From assembly GCA_963675745.2 (NCBI GenBank), contig CAXXWX010000001.1, positions 64,001 through 128,000 of the forward strand: DNA of 64,000 bases. The letters are read 5' to 3'. Origin of the DNA: Phycisphaerae bacterium. GTDB lineage: Bacteria; Planctomycetota; Phycisphaerae; UBA1845; Fen-1342. The translations under genes were made by a program, and so were the position numbers. A model generated the notes under the pieces. That model did not search any database and was not told the origin of the DNA. It saw nothing but the letters and a program-made list of their open reading frames with translations. Shown piece by piece: positions 61,701 through 64,000 of the stretch (position 1 is its first letter; every line of letters begins with the position of its first letter).

Positions 61701-64000
61701 GGTGACGACCCCGGTGGCGTCTGACTGTCCGGAGGGCGCGCTAATCGTGACGTTGGTCGCACCGCCGGTCGCCACTTCAAGCGTGACATCATGGTTGGGG
61801 ATGGGGTTGTTGGTGACGTCGCGCAGCGTGATCGTGACGGTCTCGACATCGACGCCGTTGGCCACCGCCGATCCGTCGGTGGCAGTCACCGTGGAATTGG
61901 CGGCGCTGGCGGAACTGGCGGTGAAGGCAACGGCGGCCGTCTGAGCGATGGTGACTGTGTCGGTCGCGTCCGTGGCCTCAAACGTGACGTTCTTGGCCTG
62001 AGTTGAACTGACGGCGAAGGTTACCGCGCCGGCTGCGTCTGTCGTGGTTCCGCCCGGCGCACTGATCGTCACGTTCGCCGCCCCGCCGGCCGAAACTGCC
62101 AGCGAGACGGTGTTGCCGGCCACGGGATTGTTGTTTGCGTCGAATAGTGTGACGGTGATGGTGTCGGTGTCGACGCCATCCGAAAGCGCTGTGCCGGCGG
62201 TGGCGACGACCGTGGAGTTGGCCGCATTTGTTGTAGCCGCTGAGAAAGTCACATCGGCCGTGTCAGTAACGGGGACGGCTTCGGTCGTATCAGTTGCGGC
62301 CAGCGTGACCGTCTTGGCCTCGGTCGAGCTGACGGTGAATACGGCCTGGCCAGCACCGTCGGTAACGACCGGCGCGCTGATGGTGACATTAGCGGCGCCG
62401 CCGGCGGAGACCGCCAGCGCGACCGTGTTGCCCGCGACGGGGTTGTTGTTCGCATCCAACAGCGTAACGGTGATCGCTTCAGCGTCGATCCCATCCGCAA
62501 TCCCGGTACCATCCGCCGCAACGACGGTGGACGTGCCGGCACTCGTCGGGCCGACGGTGAACGTCACGTTCGCCGTCTGCGTGACAATCACCGAGCTCGT
62601 GGTGTCGTTGGCCTGGAACGTGACGGTCTTGGCGACGGTCGACGTTACGGTGAATGCGGCCTGTCCAGCAATGTCCGTCACGACTGGGTTGGGAGTCATG
62701 ACGACGCCGGTCGCATCGCCAACCACCTGCAACTGAACCGAGTGTCCAGAGACGGGGACAAACGCCACGTCAGCCAGCGTCACGGTGATGATGTCGTTGT
62801 CGACGCCATCGGCGACCGCCGTGCCGGTCGCGGCCACGACTGTCGAATTGCCGGCGTCGGTGGAACCGGACACGAAGTTGATAGTCGCCGAGTCTTCGAG
62901 TGTGACATTGTCGTTCGTGTCGGTCGCGATGATCTGTACAAGCTTGGCAACCGTCGAGGTGACGTTGAGCGTGACCTGACCAGCGCCGTCCGTCGCGGCC
63001 GGGGCGTCAACCGTCACCCCTGTGGCGTCACCGGCCACTGAGAGTTGCACAGTGTGGCCAGAGACCGGGTTGTCGTTGGCGTCATGGAGCGTGACCGTTA
63101 CGGCCTTGAATGCCGCCCCGTCGGCCTGGACATCGCCGGCCGGGGCCGTCACCGTCGAGCGGGTGGTACGGGAATCGGTACGACCAACGACAAAGTTGAC
63201 GATCGCGGTATTCGTGATCGTGATGTTCGCGCCGGTCGTGTCGGTGGCCTGGAACGTGACGGACTGCACGGAACTGGACTCGACCTGGAAATGTGCGACG
63301 CCGGCGCTGTTGGTCACTCCGGCACCGGAGCCCAGGTTCAACGGCGTGATCGTCACATCTCCGGCGTTGCCGACGGTGACCGCTAGCGAGACGGTGCGGC
63401 CGATGGCCGGGTTGCCAAGAGCGTTGAGGCACGTGACGACCACGACGTCGCTGTCAACACCGTCGGTCTGAGCCGTCCCGTCGACCGGATCGGCGTAGGA
63501 CAATCCGGCATTGCTGATGTTCTCGGTGAAGGTGATCGTCTCGGTGGCGGTAACCGTTACGCCGTCAGTGGTATCAACCGCCTCGAACTCGGTGCCGCCC
63601 GGGTCGTGCTCCGTGTCCGAGCGCACCAGAAAAGTCGCGACGCCGGCGGAATTCGTCGTCACGGGGGAGGTGACAACCGTCACGCCGCCACCATTGTTGA
63701 TCGCGGTCAGGGTTACGGTGTGGCCGGTCACGATTGGGTTGCCGGCGGCGTTGCGTAATGTGACGGTGATCTGCTCAGTGTCCACATCGTCCGCGATCGC
63801 GGTGCCGTCAACCGAGGCTATGGTCGAGTTGCCGGCGTCGCTTTGAGTCGCGGTGAAAGTCACCGTATCTGTGGCCGTGATCGTCACGTCAGGAGCGGGC
63901 GTGGTATCAACAGCCTCGAACACCGTGGCGCCGGGATCATGCACAGTGATGGACGACACGACGAAGGTGACGACGCCCGATGCATCGGTGGTACCGGTGG
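58764..64000 (-). CDS. Giant surface protein, 5'-partial: at least 7 invasin/intimin-type Ig (Big_1) repeats, CARDB-like domains, DTDGDGLSD Ca-binding repeats, TSP3-like repeat, C-terminal Cys-Gly/TM/basic anchor
   Basis: Repeats ADG.D...[16 protein letters not shown]...TD.AG...F.V.ST.AK.VT; E..ETNN; DNCP..SNA.Q.D.DGDG.GDACD; tail [29 protein letters not shown]; frame open to the window end. Confidence 0.9.
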   Translation of the reverse strand, partial: TGTTDASGVVTFVVSSITVHDPGATVFEAVDTTPAPDVTITATDTVTFTATQSDAGNSTIASVDGTAIADDVDTEQITVTLRNAAGNPIVTGHTVTLTAINNGGGVTVVTSPVTTNSAGVATFLVRSDTEHDPGGTEFEAVDTTDGVTVTATETITFTENISNAGLSYADPVDGTAQTDGVDSDVVVVTCLNALGNPAIGRTVSLAVTVGNAGDVTITPLNLGSGAGVTNSAGVAHFQVESSSVQSVTFQATDTTGANITITNTAIVNFVVGRTDSRTTRSTVTAPAGDVQADGAAFKAVTVTLHDANDNPVSGHTVQLSVAGDATGVTVDAPAATDGAGQVTLNVTSTVAKLVQIIATDTNDNVTLEDSATINFVSGSTDAGNSTVVAATGTAVADGVDNDIITVTLADVAFVPVSGHSVQLQVVGDATGVVMTPNPVVTDIAGQAAFTVTSTVAKTVTFQANDTTSSVIVTQTANVTFTVGPTSAGTSTVVAADGTGIADGIDAEAITVTLLDANNNPVAGNTVALAVSAGGAANVTISAPVVTDGAGQAVFTVSSTEAKTVTLAATDTTEAVPVTDTADVTFSAATTNAANSTVVATAGTALSDGVDTDTITVTLFDANNNPVAGNTVSLAVSAGGAANVTISAPGGTTTDAAGAVTFAVSSTQAKNVTFEATDATDTVTIAQTAAVAFTASSASAANSTVTATDGSAVANGVDVETVTITLRDVTNNPIPNHDVTLEVATGGATNVTISAPSGQSDATGVVTFDVTATEAKTVTLRAIDATDSVTITQQATIVFDPGAATGLRYVVQPSNSDISTPLVVSVEVIDASNNRVVGNNDPIALTLVNPAGCGGTLGGTATINAVAGLAEWTATENLTVDTVCSGYRLTATSAALTVNSNLFSITAGTDLSGPTITLAQTSTTTDLSITYTVTGSTTVDPFRITFGLERDPNNATPIDTEFGFVDVNDASSRAPGVHTVSLGDIRPDLNGIVRNGDQLVVQLDSANAILETIETDNFATRTLNVDLAVELVIASIRGASSSARVTYVVNSPADVPSFTVRLGLDTTGDGAIDDVLRDTVTAADQVTPSAHTMTIDLPTEFLSRGITTASNVVVVAELDPVGLVTESEEVTNNVASTAEAFTVDLVLTRLAFPGTALDEDFSATINYSVNENQVSEDFTIAFYVSADSDIDSLAGDVQFATVTITDAADKTVGAHSRTVTLNIPSTAFADVNFFLKAQIDDGAAVTEQDETNNIAATPNSTADPNADIDGDGLIRRDEEEGFLIPAGVVFPADNAGSPEIPAENTRTFDTEIDTDDDGLSDSLERQINTNPADSDTDNDGLTDGEEDVNRDGVVDANETDPRMWDTDGDGLSDKEEGDGFTLTRFPADSISGRFQSQYVTRVMTNPRVADTDGDGISDWDEVNTWARWAILAEDANGDGALNDGEDLNANGDLDFASLVTESIGLSDLIARRGRAVSKPIPGIRTDPTLADTDEDGLPDATDPAPQINPARWGFDANGDGVFDDADLTQFRADFQAAGENVDDFPATIAEFQRLLLDFDQDGDGVLEAPDANGDGFPDFTRYNEATLEQAFGIDFSNDGTLSDGYDVGGLGQGTAGPFDPRAGSANQGAALFGTYRLIRDTNGAIVGNGWLDLLDDPTEQLIPTDNCPTASNANQLDYDGDGLGDACDADLDNDGVPNELDPLAQSPTEAQPAPAVPFCGFAMMPVIVACLVGLHLLRQSERRRR

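Overview
High-GC window from a Planctomycetota genome, most likely class Phycisphaerae. Support: the 16S rRNA matches the EUB338-II planctomycete probe site, and several secreted proteins carry Cys-containing dockerin-like tails. It holds about 36 CDSs and one stand-alone 16S rRNA gene. Housekeeping and transport genes include tal, kdsA (frameshifted), recJ, mtnP, pcrA/uvrD, an LD-carboxypeptidase, two ABC transporters and a CPA1 antiporter. The most striking region is the first 10 kb. There a two-component system sits between dockerin-tagged secreted proteins, two of which are multiheme c-type cytochromes: a 10-heme OTR-like protein with a dockerin-like module inserted inside its fold, and a 6-heme protein with a C-terminal dockerin-like tail. 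The same ~62-aa tail recurs on a PA14 protein and a 14-repeat LVIVD protein, suggesting a shared surface-docking system that includes redox proteins. Other points of note: a REP doublet inside a TPR coding sequence, a G-quadruplex-capable octamer repeat over the pcrA ribosome-binding region, a catalytically degenerate CHAT-like protein behind a giant Ig-repeat surface protein, a structured 5' leader, and clustered single-base insertions that are probably sequencing errors. All family assignments are by motif recognition only; no searches were run.
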